Below, piece after piece: positions 38,995-48,498 of a DNA stretch of 48,498 bases. Under the pieces are notes generated by a model, which searched no databases, was not told the DNA's origin, and saw nothing but the letters and a program-made list of their open reading frames with translations. Both the position numbers and the translations under genes were made by a program. Source of the DNA: Thermoleophilia bacterium (GTDB taxonomy: Bacteria > Actinomycetota > Thermoleophilia > RBG-16-64-13); contig JADGPI010000132.1 in the NCBI GenBank assembly GCA_017882525.1, positions 1-48,498 on the forward strand. The letters are read 5' to 3'. How positions within the stretch are numbered: the first letter of the stretch is position 1; each line of letters starts with the position of its first letter.

Positions 38995-41294
38995 GAGCGG
39001 AGTGTCCCTAGAGCCACAGGTGCCCGCGAGGGCAGAAGGTGTTGCACGACGCCGCCCCGGCCGATGCCGACGCGCAGCCGTAGTCCTCCACTAACAAGAG
39101 GCGGGAACCTGAGTGGGATCGCCATTTCCAGTACGTCCCTCCAGGACGAGCGAGATGCGGCTGCAAGCGCCGGGTGCTGCATACAGCTTACCCTGACAAG
39201 GCCCTCATCTTCCAGGCCGGATTGGTTTTCAAGAACCGCGCGCACGATTACGGCCGCGCCGTCGTCATCAGCGCGGGCCGATGGAGCGCTCAGAAGATGG
39301 ACCTCCAATTCTAGTCCTGACGGCAGACGAAGACCGCCGGGCCGAAGCAAAACGTACAGGTTCTCGTCGTCCCAGCCGAAGCGGACCTCTCCCACTTCTG
39401 GGCCTTCGGCTCTCTGCATGGTGGAAAAGGCCGCCGGACGCAGCACGCCTGCGTCCTGCCACTCATCGATCGCGGCGTCCATCTTGCCGTCTATGACGGG
39501 GGAGATCTTGCTTTTGGGAAGAAGGATCTCGGCGGATCCGGCCTCGGGCAGAAGGGGCGCGAAAAGCTCCGACGGGACAGGCTCTCCTAGTAGTCGGTGG
39601 GCTTCTTGGAGGTGGCGGCGAAAGTTAAGGTCCCATAGGTAATCCAGTTGCGTGTGGTGGTGCTCGCCAAACCACCAGTACCAGTCGCTGCCCTCGCACA
39701 CGAGAACGTGATGCCACGCCTCTTCGATGGCCTCAGCCTGGACTCTTCCCGGTGACGCTCGTCTTGCGGCGACAAGGTCACGGGTCTGGTGGAGCAGGGC
39801 CCACGCGAGGTTGTGGACGGGGGCACCGATCCAGGTGGTCAGATCGCCGCCGATCCAAGAACCGGTGTGCAGCCAGCCGAGCGGCCGACGCGCGGGTGAC
39901 GACTGAAGATGCTCGGAAACCGTGACGCAGCGCAGAGCTGAGTCTGAGCTCAGCCCTTGGTAGAGATACTGCAAAAAGTCACGACCGTCGCGGGGAAAGT
40001 ACTCCCAGGCGTTCTCACCGTCCAGAGCGATCGTCACGAGCGGGGTTTCGGAACCGGCGTCCGCTCCACGGCTGCCCAGCTCGACCCGCAGTTCGCGCAG
40101 CCGGCGAAGGAGATCGGCGGCAGCGTCCTTCGAGTCCCAGGACTTGTAGGAGAACCCGATGAGGTCGGAAAGCGTGTGATCCCGAAACACGATCGCCATG
40201 CTTCGCCCCTCGCGTTCCAGGAGGTAAGGCGCATAGAGGGTCTCCGGGGTAAGGGGGCCGCTTGCCGGGCCGCCCGCAGGGCCGCGGCTCGGGTCATGGG
40301 CTGGCACGTCGCCGGAGGCGCGTCCATCGCTTCGCTGGCGGCCGGGGGTCACGGTCCTCCACACATCCTGGGCTGAACCGGCGAGCGAGCGGGCAAGGAC
40401 GGTCTCGTCCGAGATGGTCCATTTCACTCCGGCGTCGAATAGCAAGGGAAGGACGTCCTCGCCCACCGCTTGTTCCGAACACCACATCCCGGCAGGGGGC
40501 TCACCGAAGACGCGTTCATGCTTGAGCATGGCCAAACGAACGTGCTCTGCGGCATCTTCGGGGTGCGCGAAGCGCCTGTAAGGCAGGATGGTGTCGCCGG
40601 CGGAAAGACGGGCGGAATCCGTGTTGAGGAGGAGTGGAAGGATGGGGTGAAAGAAGGGCGAGGTCGACAGCTCCACCTGGCCCCGCCGACTCGCCTCGCG
40701 GTAGGCCGGGATAGTGCGGGCAAGGAGGTCGGCCTGGACATGGGCCAGCGTGGTCTTGTCGTCCTCCAAGAAGTCGCGGCCCCGGCGAAGAAGGTCCGCG
40801 AGCGGCTCGGCCTCGAGCTCTCGTGGATCGAACCAGGCGAGAGTGGACCATATCTGCAGGTCGCGAAGGTCAGCCTCCGTGAAAGCGCGCGCACTCGCTT
40901 CCACGCCGCTGGGCAACAGAGCCTCTTTCTTCAGGGCGAGCTCCAGGTACCGGGGGTGTGCGCGGGCCCTGGGATGGTCGGATCGCTCGCACATCAGGTC
41001 CACCAGAAAGACCCGATCGCCCAATGTGAGGTCGGCGGCCGGCTTGATCGTGTGTTCCCAGTAGAGATCGCGGAAATCGCCGGCAGCGTAGGCCTCCAGC
41101 TGTTCGATCAGGGAGGGGACGAGGTTGAAGGTCTGATGGAGGTCCGGGAAGTCTCCGAGGGTCTGCACCATGTCCAGATAATCCTTGAGACCGTGCAGAC
41201 GGGTCCACGGCATCTCGAAGGGGCCGCTGCGTCCGAAGCGGTAGTAGGGCTGGTGCATGTGCCAGACAAAGGCTATGTGAAGAGGCTCAGTCAC
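38991..41294 (-). CDS. glycoside hydrolase family 57 (amylopullulanase-like)
   Basis: WHMHQP, PFFHPILPLL, GMWCSEQAV (nucleophile Glu), ALDGENAWE (acid Asp), EGSDWYWW. Confidence 0.92.
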   Translation of the reverse strand: MTEPLHIAFVWHMHQPYYRFGRSGPFEMPWTRLHGLKDYLDMVQTLGDFPDLHQTFNLVPSLIEQLEAYAAGDFRDLYWEHTIKPAADLTLGDRVFLVDLMCERSDHPRARAHPRYLELALKKEALLPSGVEASARAFTEADLRDLQIWSTLAWFDPRELEAEPLADLLRRGRDFLEDDKTTLAHVQADLLARTIPAYREASRRGQVELSTSPFFHPILPLLLNTDSARLSAGDTILPYRRFAHPEDAAEHVRLAMLKHERVFGEPPAGMWCSEQAVGEDVLPLLFDAGVKWTISDETVLARSLAGSAQDVWRTVTPGRQRSDGRASGDVPAHDPSRGPAGGPASGPLTPETLYAPYLLEREGRSMAIVFRDHTLSDLIGFSYKSWDSKDAAADLLRRLRELRVELGSRGADAGSETPLVTIALDGENAWEYFPRDGRDFLQYLYQGLSSDSALRCVTVSEHLQSSPARRPLGWLHTGSWIGGDLTTWIGAPVHNLAWALLHQTRDLVAARRASPGRVQAEAIEEAWHHVLVCEGSDWYWWFGEHHHTQLDYLWDLNFRRHLQEAHRLLGEPVPSELFAPLLPEAGSAEILLPKSKISPVIDGKMDAAIDEWQDAGVLRPAAFSTMQRAEGPEVGEVRFGWDDENLYVLLRPGGLRLPSGLELEVHLLSAPSARADDDGAAVIVRAVLENQSGLEDEGLVRVSCMQHPALAAASRSSWRDVLEMAIPLRFPPLVSGGLRLRVGIGRGGVVQHLLPSRAPVALGTLRS

Positions 41295-41400
41295 AGGCTT
41301 GGCTCAGTCACAGGCTCGTCTCGCTTACAGGCTTCGGCTCGGTCATCACTCAGGCGGTGGCGGCCACGCCGGGCGTCGCGGCCGACGCGCCGGGCCTCCC

Positions 41401-42609
41401 TCACGCGAAGGCGTCCATCGCCCGGATGAAGTTCGCATATACGCGTTGCTGCTCCGAAAGGATCATATCCGGCCCCAGCCCCCACCATTCGTCGGGCGTG
41501 AAGTAGGCCGACACCTCCGCCTCGGATCCGCTGCTGCCGGCCCACTGGATCAGGTGTAGGTTGTCGGATTGGAGCAGCCACAGGGCAAGGTCCATGAGCG
41601 TCGGGTCACCGGTCAGCCGGGCCTTGTGGAGCACCGAGTGCATGAGCCGGAAGATCGCCTGCTGAGACGCATTGCCGAGAAAGAACTCCATGCCCCCCTG
41701 TCCTGCCCAGGTGGTGCCGAACTCCGGCAGCGGAAGATCGGGGAGGGAGCGGCCGAACTCGGTCAGCGCCTCACTCGGCAGCATCGACCGGATCTCGTGC
41801 CTCTTGAGCTCGCTCGGCAGTTGTCGCATGAACGAGAAGATGCCCGTGTCGACGCTGTGGTGCTCGCCGAACGTCTCGTAATCCCACCCAATGAAGACGA
41901 AGTCGCCCCAGGCCGCGCGCAGGTTCTTGGCGTAGGTGTCCGCGCGTAGCGGGTAGCCCGTCCATTTGCGGTCGCTGAAGCGGTAGCCCACGTCGTCCGA
42001 CAGCTCGTGATGGCGGCAGAAGAGGGCGAGCTTGTGACCGGCGTGGCTGTAGAGATGCGTGGGTTCCCGCCATTCCAGCACCCACGGCCGGCCGTCCAAC
42101 ATGCCGCCGCGGTAACCGAGCTGATCGAGCGCGAAGTAGATCTCGTTGTTCATCACCATCTCGGTGGTGTCCGTGAAGTCGATCTGCTTCTGAAAGAACT
42201 CCTCGGCGTAGGTCTTGCCGCGGAGCATCTCCTCCTGGAAGAGCTTGATGTCCAGAGCAAACGCAAAGCTGTGGTACGGCTCGACGCCGATCAACTCGCA
42301 ATTCGAGTGAGCCACCAACGTGCGGAACCGGTCGGCAAGCGCAGGATCCCACTCACGAAGTTGCCAGAGGAAGCTCATGGAGAAACCGAGCGAGAGTTTG
42401 AAGCCTTGGCCCATCATATCTAGGAACATGTCCGTGGCCGGGTAGTAGCACCAGCGCGCCACTTTCTCGAAGTAGCGGCGGTTCATCGCGTCGTCGAACA
42501 GGTACGGAGCCATCTTGTCCGGCGCTGTACCGGCGGGGATCACTTGAGCGGGAAGCTTGACCCGACGAGGCTGGTGGATCACGCAATAGGTGACGAGGTT
42601 CTCGGCCAT
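41401..42609 (-). CDS. glycoside hydrolase family 57 (alpha-amylase-like, short)
   Basis: IHQPRR, EPYHS, DTTEM, LSDDVGYRFS, DYETFGEH, QSDN; start ATG 42609. Confidence 0.88.
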   Translation of the reverse strand: MAENLVTYCVIHQPRRVKLPAQVIPAGTAPDKMAPYLFDDAMNRRYFEKVARWCYYPATDMFLDMMGQGFKLSLGFSMSFLWQLREWDPALADRFRTLVAHSNCELIGVEPYHSFAFALDIKLFQEEMLRGKTYAEEFFQKQIDFTDTTEMVMNNEIYFALDQLGYRGGMLDGRPWVLEWREPTHLYSHAGHKLALFCRHHELSDDVGYRFSDRKWTGYPLRADTYAKNLRAAWGDFVFIGWDYETFGEHHSVDTGIFSFMRQLPSELKRHEIRSMLPSEALTEFGRSLPDLPLPEFGTTWAGQGGMEFFLGNASQQAIFRLMHSVLHKARLTGDPTLMDLALWLLQSDNLHLIQWAGSSGSEAEVSAYFTPDEWWGLGPDMILSEQQRVYANFIRAMDAFA

Positions 42610-42619
42610 GCGCCGGCAG

Positions 42620-44533
42620 TCAGCGCCGCGCCGCGGGTCCCGGCGTGCCGGAACTCGGGGTTGGAGAGGCCGCGGGTGCCGGAGTATCAGACTCCCGGGT
42701 CGGCGACGCCACGGTTGCGGGCGTGTCTGAACCCGGGACCGGTTCTGACGCCGATCCAGGCGTCCCGAGCCTCGGGTCTGGCCTCGGCGTGGGCGCAGGC
42801 GCAGGCGACTCTCGTTCTGGAGCAGGGTCATCTGCCGCCGGGATCCGCCACGGGATCAGCTGAGGCTTGATGGACAGTCCATGCCCGGCGGCGCGTCCGC
42901 CATATGCTAGGGATGGCTCGTCGTCGGCGGGCGGGGTGGCTGGACTCACGGCTGGTCGGGCGGCGTCCGGCGGTGCGGTTGGCGGTGCGGGCGGCCCGGC
43001 GGTGTCCCTCGGTGCGGTTAACGGTGCGGCAGCGTCCGGCGGCGGCTCATCTTGGGAGGCGGGGCCGGTCTTGATCGCATCGCGCTGGGTCTTGCCGGGG
43101 CGCGCCGGCTCGGCGGCCGCGGCCCCGAGGGGCGTACCAGCGGGCGACGCCCCCGAAAGCGCGCCGGGCTTGGCCTCACCGGCTGGTATCGCGCCAGGCG
43201 TGGCCGCAGCGGCCGGCATCTCCGCGGCAAGTGGCTCATCGGCTTGTTGGACGAGTTGGCGACGGGACACGTACTCGAGCTTGCCGATCAGGTTGTCTTG
43301 GACCACGTTCTCCCAGCTGAAGCTGCGTGCAGTCTCCTGAGCGTCTTTCCGGATGCGTGCTGCTACCTCCGGGTGCTCGTTCAAGAAATCGAGGGCGATG
43401 GTTATTTCCGCGGGGTCGTCGGTGTCGAGGACCACGGAATTGAGGAAGGGCACGGCGTAGTCCTCGCCCGTGGAGCCCACGAAGACGATGCCGCCGGCCG
43501 CCATTACTTCGAGCCCCACCAGGCCGAATGGCTCGTGGCCCGAGTTGGCCAGGACGGCGTCGGCGGCGGAATAGAATAGGGAGACGAGCTCGTCGCTCAT
43601 GAAGCTCACGACGTTGTACACGTCCGCTTGCGGGAGCCGCCCAAAGAGCGCGATGGCCTCGTCCAGGTCACGGGGGATCTGCACGTCGTGCACCTGCAGG
43701 CCACGTCTGCGCGCGATCGCCAGGACCTCCGCACCGTGCGGCTCGATGCCACCGCGGATCACCATGGCTACGTCCTGGCCCTGGGCCTTGCGGTCGGCGA
43801 CCGCCTGCACGGCCATGTTCCAGCGCTTGTCTGGGCTGAACCGGCCGATCTTGAAGATGAGCTCGCGACCCGGGAAAAGGGCTTTCAACTGTCCCGCAAG
43901 AACTGTGTCCGCCCCTCGGATCCGGTCCGCGGGGATGCCGTTGGGGATCACCAGCGGATTCACCGCGCGATCCCACATCACGTGCTTCATGTACCGGGAG
44001 ACCGTGGTTATCTGGGTGCAGAAGTCAAGTCGGCGCCAGTCGATGCGATCGAAACCCATCACGTTGTTGGCGTTCCAGAGGATGATCGCCTTGTCTCTGA
44101 GGCGCTCGGCAAATAAGCGGTCGGAAAGCTGGCAGGTGCCGTAGGCGGTGTGCCACTCTTCCGCCAGGACCGCGGTCAGCTTGCCCGCGGCGGCAGCAGG
44201 CTTCACCATTCGGGAGGTCACGAAGGACGGCAACTGCTCGTTCCAGTCCACGAGCTTAGCCTCTTCTCCTTGGTATACACCGCCCGGGTAGTGCGCCGAC
44301 AACCACTGCGACCAGCGATAGAGAGTCAGGTTCGGAACGGGCGTTTCCTCGCCCGGCAGGGCCGGGTCTCCCACGAAAACCTGATGCGTGCGGAAGCCCT
44401 GGCGGGCCAGTTCTAGGCCCAGCTCTTTCATGCGTACGCCCAGCCCGCCTGCCATGGAATACTGGTCGGGGCCCTCGAAAGAAAGCAGCACGAACTCGAG
44501 GTTTTCCGGGGTCAAACGGGGAAGGGTCTCCAT
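42620..44533 (-). CDS. glycosyltransferase family 4 with long Pro/Ala-rich tail
   Basis: AGGLG, AEEWHT, VIPNGI, GRFSPDK, HEPFGLVGLEVMAAG (EX7E), FSWE; about 200 aa low-complexity C-terminus. Confidence 0.88.
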   Translation of the reverse strand: METLPRLTPENLEFVLLSFEGPDQYSMAGGLGVRMKELGLELARQGFRTHQVFVGDPALPGEETPVPNLTLYRWSQWLSAHYPGGVYQGEEAKLVDWNEQLPSFVTSRMVKPAAAAGKLTAVLAEEWHTAYGTCQLSDRLFAERLRDKAIILWNANNVMGFDRIDWRRLDFCTQITTVSRYMKHVMWDRAVNPLVIPNGIPADRIRGADTVLAGQLKALFPGRELIFKIGRFSPDKRWNMAVQAVADRKAQGQDVAMVIRGGIEPHGAEVLAIARRRGLQVHDVQIPRDLDEAIALFGRLPQADVYNVVSFMSDELVSLFYSAADAVLANSGHEPFGLVGLEVMAAGGIVFVGSTGEDYAVPFLNSVVLDTDDPAEITIALDFLNEHPEVAARIRKDAQETARSFSWENVVQDNLIGKLEYVSRRQLVQQADEPLAAEMPAAAATPGAIPAGEAKPGALSGASPAGTPLGAAAAEPARPGKTQRDAIKTGPASQDEPPPDAAAPLTAPRDTAGPPAPPTAPPDAARPAVSPATPPADDEPSLAYGGRAAGHGLSIKPQLIPWRIPAADDPAPERESPAPAPTPRPDPRLGTPGSASEPVPGSDTPATVASPTRESDTPAPAASPTPSSGTPGPAARR

Positions 44534-44680
44534 GTTACCTCACAGCACGGCGTCATCATTTGAGGGCAGGTCCGCGGTGGAATAAGGCTACCCCGCTTCA
44601 TGCCCGCCTATGCATATGTTTTCCTTCTGTGCTACTTTTCTCCCTCGTACGCCCCAAAGAGGATGGAAAGGCAGATAGGC

Positions 44681-46033
44681 ATGGCGATCAAGTTTCTGCT
44701 ACCGGAAGACAGGATTCCCACGGCGTGGTACAACGTCGCGGCTGATCTTCCCACGCCCCCGCCGCCGCCACTCCACCCGGGAACCCTGGAACCCGCCGGT
44801 CCGCAGGATCTGGCTCCACTGTTCCCGATGGGCCTCATCATGCAGGAGATGTCGTCAGACCGTATGATCGACATCCCAGATGAGGTCCGGGAGATTTACC
44901 GGCTGTGGCGCCCCACTCCCCTCATTCGGGCTGCTCGATGGGAAAAGACCCTTGGAACTCCCGCGAAGATCTACTTCAAGTATGAGGGTGTGAGCCCCGC
45001 CGGTTCGCACAAGCCGAACACAGCTGTGGCTCAAGCGTATTACAACAAGAAGGAAGGCATAACCAAGCTGACCACGGAGACCGGCGCAGGCCAGTGGGGT
45101 TGCGCGCTTTCTCTCGCGTGTCAGATGTTCAACATGGAATGCCTCGTCTACATGGTGAAGGTCTCCTACTTCCAGAAGCCGTACCGCCGGAGCATGATCC
45201 GGGTGTGGGGCGCGGAAGTGATACCGAGCCCCTCGGACACCACGGCATCCGGCCGCGCCATCCTGGCGCAGGACCCGGATTCTCCTGGTAGCTTGGGCAT
45301 CGCCATCAGTGAGGCGGTCGAAGTAGCCGCCGGGCGCGACGACACCCACTACGCGCTCGGCTCGGTGCTCAACCACGTGCTGCTGCATCAGACGGTCATC
45401 GGTCAGGAAGCTATCGAGCAGATGGAACTGGCCGGCGCGTATCCCGACGCCGTGATCGGGTGCGTAGGTGGCGGCTCCAACTTCGCCGGCATCGCCTTCC
45501 CGTTCTTGGGACAGAACCTCAAGAAAGGCAAGAAGACGCGCCTCATCGCCGTCGAGCCCGCGGCATGCCCGAGCATGACCAAAGGCTGCTACGCGTACGA
45601 CTACGGTGACACCGCCAAACTCACGCCTCTAGTGAAGATGGACACTCTCGGCCACGACTTCATCCCGGCGGATATCCATGCCGGCGGTCTTCGCTACCAT
45701 GGGATGGCTCCCTTGCTGTCCCATACATACCATCTCGGTCTGGTGGAGGCCCAGTCGGTTCTACAGACCGACGCCTTCGCGGCCGGAGTCAGCTTTGCCC
45801 GGTCTGAAGGCATCATCCCGGCCCCCGAGAGCTCTCACGCCATCGCGGCAGTCAAAAGGCTGGCCGACGAGTGCAAAGAGTCCGGCGACGAGAAGACCAT
45901 CCTTTTCAATATGAGCGGACACGGTCACTTCGACATGGCCGCCTACGATGCTTACCTGGACGGCAAGCTCGAGGATTACGCGTACCCAGAAGAGAGGATC
46001 AAGGCAGCGATGAAGAATCTGCCCAAGCTCTGA
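44681..46033 (+). CDS. trpB2: tryptophan synthase beta-like protein (TrpB2)
   Basis: [14 protein letters not shown] (PLP Lys), [40 protein letters not shown]; no adjacent trpA. Confidence 0.94.
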   Translation: MAIKFLLPEDRIPTAWYNVAADLPTPPPPPLHPGTLEPAGPQDLAPLFPMGLIMQEMSSDRMIDIPDEVREIYRLWRPTPLIRAARWEKTLGTPAKIYFKYEGVSPAGSHKPNTAVAQAYYNKKEGITKLTTETGAGQWGCALSLACQMFNMECLVYMVKVSYFQKPYRRSMIRVWGAEVIPSPSDTTASGRAILAQDPDSPGSLGIAISEAVEVAAGRDDTHYALGSVLNHVLLHQTVIGQEAIEQMELAGAYPDAVIGCVGGGSNFAGIAFPFLGQNLKKGKKTRLIAVEPAACPSMTKGCYAYDYGDTAKLTPLVKMDTLGHDFIPADIHAGGLRYHGMAPLLSHTYHLGLVEAQSVLQTDAFAAGVSFARSEGIIPAPESSHAIAAVKRLADECKESGDEKTILFNMSGHGHFDMAAYDAYLDGKLEDYAYPEERIKAAMKNLPKL

Positions 46034-46167
46034 GGCAGACTTGACCCGGTCTCCGGCAACCTTCTCCCGCGTTTTGCGCGGGTCGCGGAGGGCGGCTCTC
46101 CGGGCGTAGGAGTCGCCTCAGCAGAGGTCGACCGTGGGTTTCGGGTCAAGAATGATCGCTGTTTCTG

Positions 46168-46202
46168 GGCGGCGCCCCTGGCGGGGCGCCGCCTCTTTCT
46201 TT
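46168..46202 (+). terminator. intrinsic terminator downstream of trpB2
   Basis: GGCGGCGCCCC-tggc-GGGGCGCCGCC followed by TCTTTCTTT. Confidence 0.8.
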
Positions 46203-46239
46203 AGCGTCGCCCTCGGCGCGACGGACCGGACGCCTGTCG

Positions 46240-47151
46240 CTACTCGGTGGTGTCTGCCGGCGCGGCGTCCAGCAAAGACATCATCTGCCGGGCGTTCCGC
46301 GGGGCGTAATCGGCGAAGCAGTTGTTGAACATGACGTACGTGGTCTTCGCGTCCTCGCGCAGACGTTGAATCGGCTGCACCCACTCGACCAACTCCGCCT
46401 CCGCGTAGAGGTAATTGAAGCGCTCGGCGGCCGTGGCTACGCGGGCGTGCCACGTCGCTGCGTTCCGTCCGTGGAAGCGGACATAGGCGATTTGCGCAGT
46501 CACCGCGCTGAGGGCGGGCAGCACCGTGGGGCCGGGGAGGTGCGGCTCGTCGACGCTGGTGTAGGCGGCGCCGAGCGAGCCGAGGAGCGACAAGGTCATC
46601 TCTAGCTCGCGGGGATCCAGCCAGGAAGCGTGCCGGAATTCGACCGCCACCCTGTCTGGCGCCAGCAGGCCGACTGCCTCACGGATATACTCCCGGTTGG
46701 CTGCGTTGGCGACGAAATACGGGGGGAATTGCAGCAGGATCACGCCAAGCTTCGACTCGCGCCGTAGTGGCTCGAGCGCCTCAGAGAACACGCGGAACAC
46801 CTCCTGGCGGAGGGTCGGCGACGGGTGGAGGATCCGGCGGTGCTGGTCGAGCTCGAACGTCCTCGCCGCCCGGATGGGGGCCGGCAACTGTTCCGGGCGG
46901 ACTCCGTGCCGGGTAAGCATCGCAAAGGCTTTGATATGAAAGACGAAATCCGGCGGCGTTCTTTCCACCCAGAGTTCGGCCGTGCCCGGGGTGGGTAGTC
47001 CGTAGAACGTAGAGTCCACCTCGACCGTGTCGAAGTTGCTCGCATAGTAGCGAAGCCTGTCGGCGGCCGAGCGGACATCGGGTGGGTACCAGGCCCTCAC
47101 CATGGTAGGGTCGGTCCACGAGCATGTGCCAACGCGAACTTGTCCGAGCAT
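46240..47151 (-). CDS. DUF72 (YecE/YunF family) protein
   Basis: VGTCSW, YASNFDTVEVDSTFY, F.F.IKA, LLQFPP, VEFRHASW, YVRFHGRN, FNN; start ATG 47151. Confidence 0.92.
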   Translation of the reverse strand: MLGQVRVGTCSWTDPTMVRAWYPPDVRSAADRLRYYASNFDTVEVDSTFYGLPTPGTAELWVERTPPDFVFHIKAFAMLTRHGVRPEQLPAPIRAARTFELDQHRRILHPSPTLRQEVFRVFSEALEPLRRESKLGVILLQFPPYFVANAANREYIREAVGLLAPDRVAVEFRHASWLDPRELEMTLSLLGSLGAAYTSVDEPHLPGPTVLPALSAVTAQIAYVRFHGRNAATWHARVATAAERFNYLYAEAELVEWVQPIQRLREDAKTTYVMFNNCFADYAPRNARQMMSLLDAAPADTTE

Positions 47152-47241
47152 GAGGCAAGGATATACTGGACGGCCCGCGATTGCAGCGTGGGGCTCGACC
47201 GCGCGGGACGAGGCAGACGATACATGCAAGGAGGCTGAGAG

Positions 47242-48285
47242 TTGGCGGATGCCGGCGCAGGACTAGATCGCGTGACAGCGGATGCTCGAGCCGATGAGCC
47301 AACCAAGCCGCGGGTATTTCTCACCCGCCTGATTCCAGAACCTGGGCTGACATCGCTGCGAGAGGCCTTCGAGGTGGTCGGCGGCACTGAGGATCGCCCC
47401 GCGACCCGAGAGGAACTGCTGAGCAATGTCCGGGATGTGGATGCGATGCTCTGCCTGCTGACGGAGTCCATCGACAAAGAGGTCGTCGACGCTACCGGGC
47501 CGCGCCTGCGAGTGATCTCGAACATGGCAGTAGGGTTCGACAACATCGATGTGGCCGCGGCCACTGCGCGACGGATAGTCGTCACCAACACGCCGGGCGT
47601 GCTCACCGATGCCACCGCCGATCTCACCTGGTCGCTCATCTTGGCCTTGTCGCGTCGCGTGGTCGAAGGGGACCGCCTGGTTCGAGAGGGCCGCTTCCCC
47701 ACTTGGGGACCCTTCGTGCTGCTGGGCCGCGAGGTGTTCGGTGCGACGCTGGGGATCGTCGGCATGGGCCGCATCGGCCAGGCGGTGGCGCGCAGGGCCG
47801 CGGGCTTCGAGATGCCCGTTCTCTACGTAAGGCGCGGCGGCCCACTAGCCGACGCTGACATCCCTTGCGGCGCTCGGTGGGAATACCGGGAGGAGCTCGA
47901 CGACCTTCTCCGAGAGTCCGACATCGTGAGCCTGCACGTGCCGCTCGACCAGCGGACGCGGCATCTCATCGGCGAGCGCGAGCTCTCGCTCATGCGGCCG
48001 GGATCGTTCCTCATCAACACGTCTCGTGGCCCCGTGGTGGACGAAGCCGCCTTGGTGGCGGCATTGCGGGAGGGGGAGCTTGGTGGCGCGGGCCTGGATG
48101 TTTACGAACGGGAGCCCGAATTGGCGCCTGGGCTCGTAGGTCTTGACAACGTGGTACTGCTCCCTCACTTGGGAAGTGGCACCCGGGAGACGCGGGGCCG
48201 CATGGCGGAGATGGCTGTGCGAAACGCGATCGCCATCGTGCGCGGAGAGGGCAAAGCGAGCGTAGTCAACCCCGAGGTCCTCTAG
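47242..48285 (+). CDS. D-isomer-specific 2-hydroxyacid dehydrogenase (glyoxylate reductase/D-glycerate dehydrogenase type)
   Basis: MAVGFDNID, NTPGVLTDATADL, GMGRIG, SLHVPL, INTSRG, LDVYEREP, LPHLGS. Confidence 0.93.
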   Translation: MADAGAGLDRVTADARADEPTKPRVFLTRLIPEPGLTSLREAFEVVGGTEDRPATREELLSNVRDVDAMLCLLTESIDKEVVDATGPRLRVISNMAVGFDNIDVAAATARRIVVTNTPGVLTDATADLTWSLILALSRRVVEGDRLVREGRFPTWGPFVLLGREVFGATLGIVGMGRIGQAVARRAAGFEMPVLYVRRGGPLADADIPCGARWEYREELDDLLRESDIVSLHVPLDQRTRHLIGERELSLMRPGSFLINTSRGPVVDEAALVAALREGELGGAGLDVYEREPELAPGLVGLDNVVLLPHLGSGTRETRGRMAEMAVRNAIAIVRGEGKASVVNPEVL

Positions 48286-48421
48286 CCGAGGATGATGACC
48301 GCCGCGCAGGGCAGTATCATTAGAGCCTGCAAGGCGTCGCCTTTGGCTGAGATTGAGACCCGCACTGAGGGTGCGCGCGGCATTTTCGGCGTATGACGCA
48401 GACGGACCACGAAGAGGGAGC

Positions 48422-48498
48422 ATGTTGAGAGCAAGGCGATTCAGGCAGCCGGAAGCGATCCGTGGCGCGGAGCGGCAGGCACATGGGCGCGGACGTGC
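48422..48498 (+). CDS. possible 5' fragment of a gene running off the window
   Basis: GAGGGAG SD-like sequence just before ATG; frame open to the window end. Confidence 0.3.
   Translation, partial: MLRARRFRQPEAIRGAERQAHGRGR

Noticed and set aside
46050-46065. SAM-I riboswitch, suggested by CCGGCAACC
   Set aside because: Other SAM-I elements (ATC-AGAG, GAGGGA, GGTGCCAA) are missing and the position is 3' of a gene

Overview
High-GC bacterial chromosomal replication-origin region. The gene order and the standalone tRNA-Ile/tRNA-Ala pair suggest a deep-branching Actinomycetota such as Thermoleophilia or Coriobacteriia (inference). The core is gyrA-gyrB-dciA(DUF721)-recF-S4(yaaA)-dnaN-dnaA on the minus strand. 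Divergent from it are rpmH-rnpA-yidD-yidC-jag-mnmE-(mnmG paralogue)-mnmG-rsmG-parA-parB. DnaA-box clusters lie on both sides of dnaA, and there is a perfect parS inside mnmG. The left flank carries larB, ddl, a degenerate GGDEF protein, tldD/pmbA, a USP, two tRNAs, a DUF151 nuclease, chorismate mutase, a catalytically eroded CbiA/CobB homologue, a Zn peptidase and two tandem lipoprotein cytochromes c. The right flank carries a SIMPL protein, a Roadblock fusion, cobO, a GT4-GH57-GH57-DUF62-rlmN operon, trpB2, DUF72 and a 2-hydroxyacid dehydrogenase. I saw no mobile elements, CRISPR arrays or rRNA. Best leads: (1) a GHKL-ATPase/winged-HTH gene between the upstream DnaA-box cluster and dnaA, under a promoter overlapped by a DnaA box; (2) a Cys-less MnmG paralogue coupled to an atypical mnmG; (3) a full-length CbiA pseudoenzyme; (4) apparent CTG starts for parA and rsmG; (5) a three-way-junction RNA candidate after trpB2. 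Product calls come from motif recognition by eye; no database searches were run.
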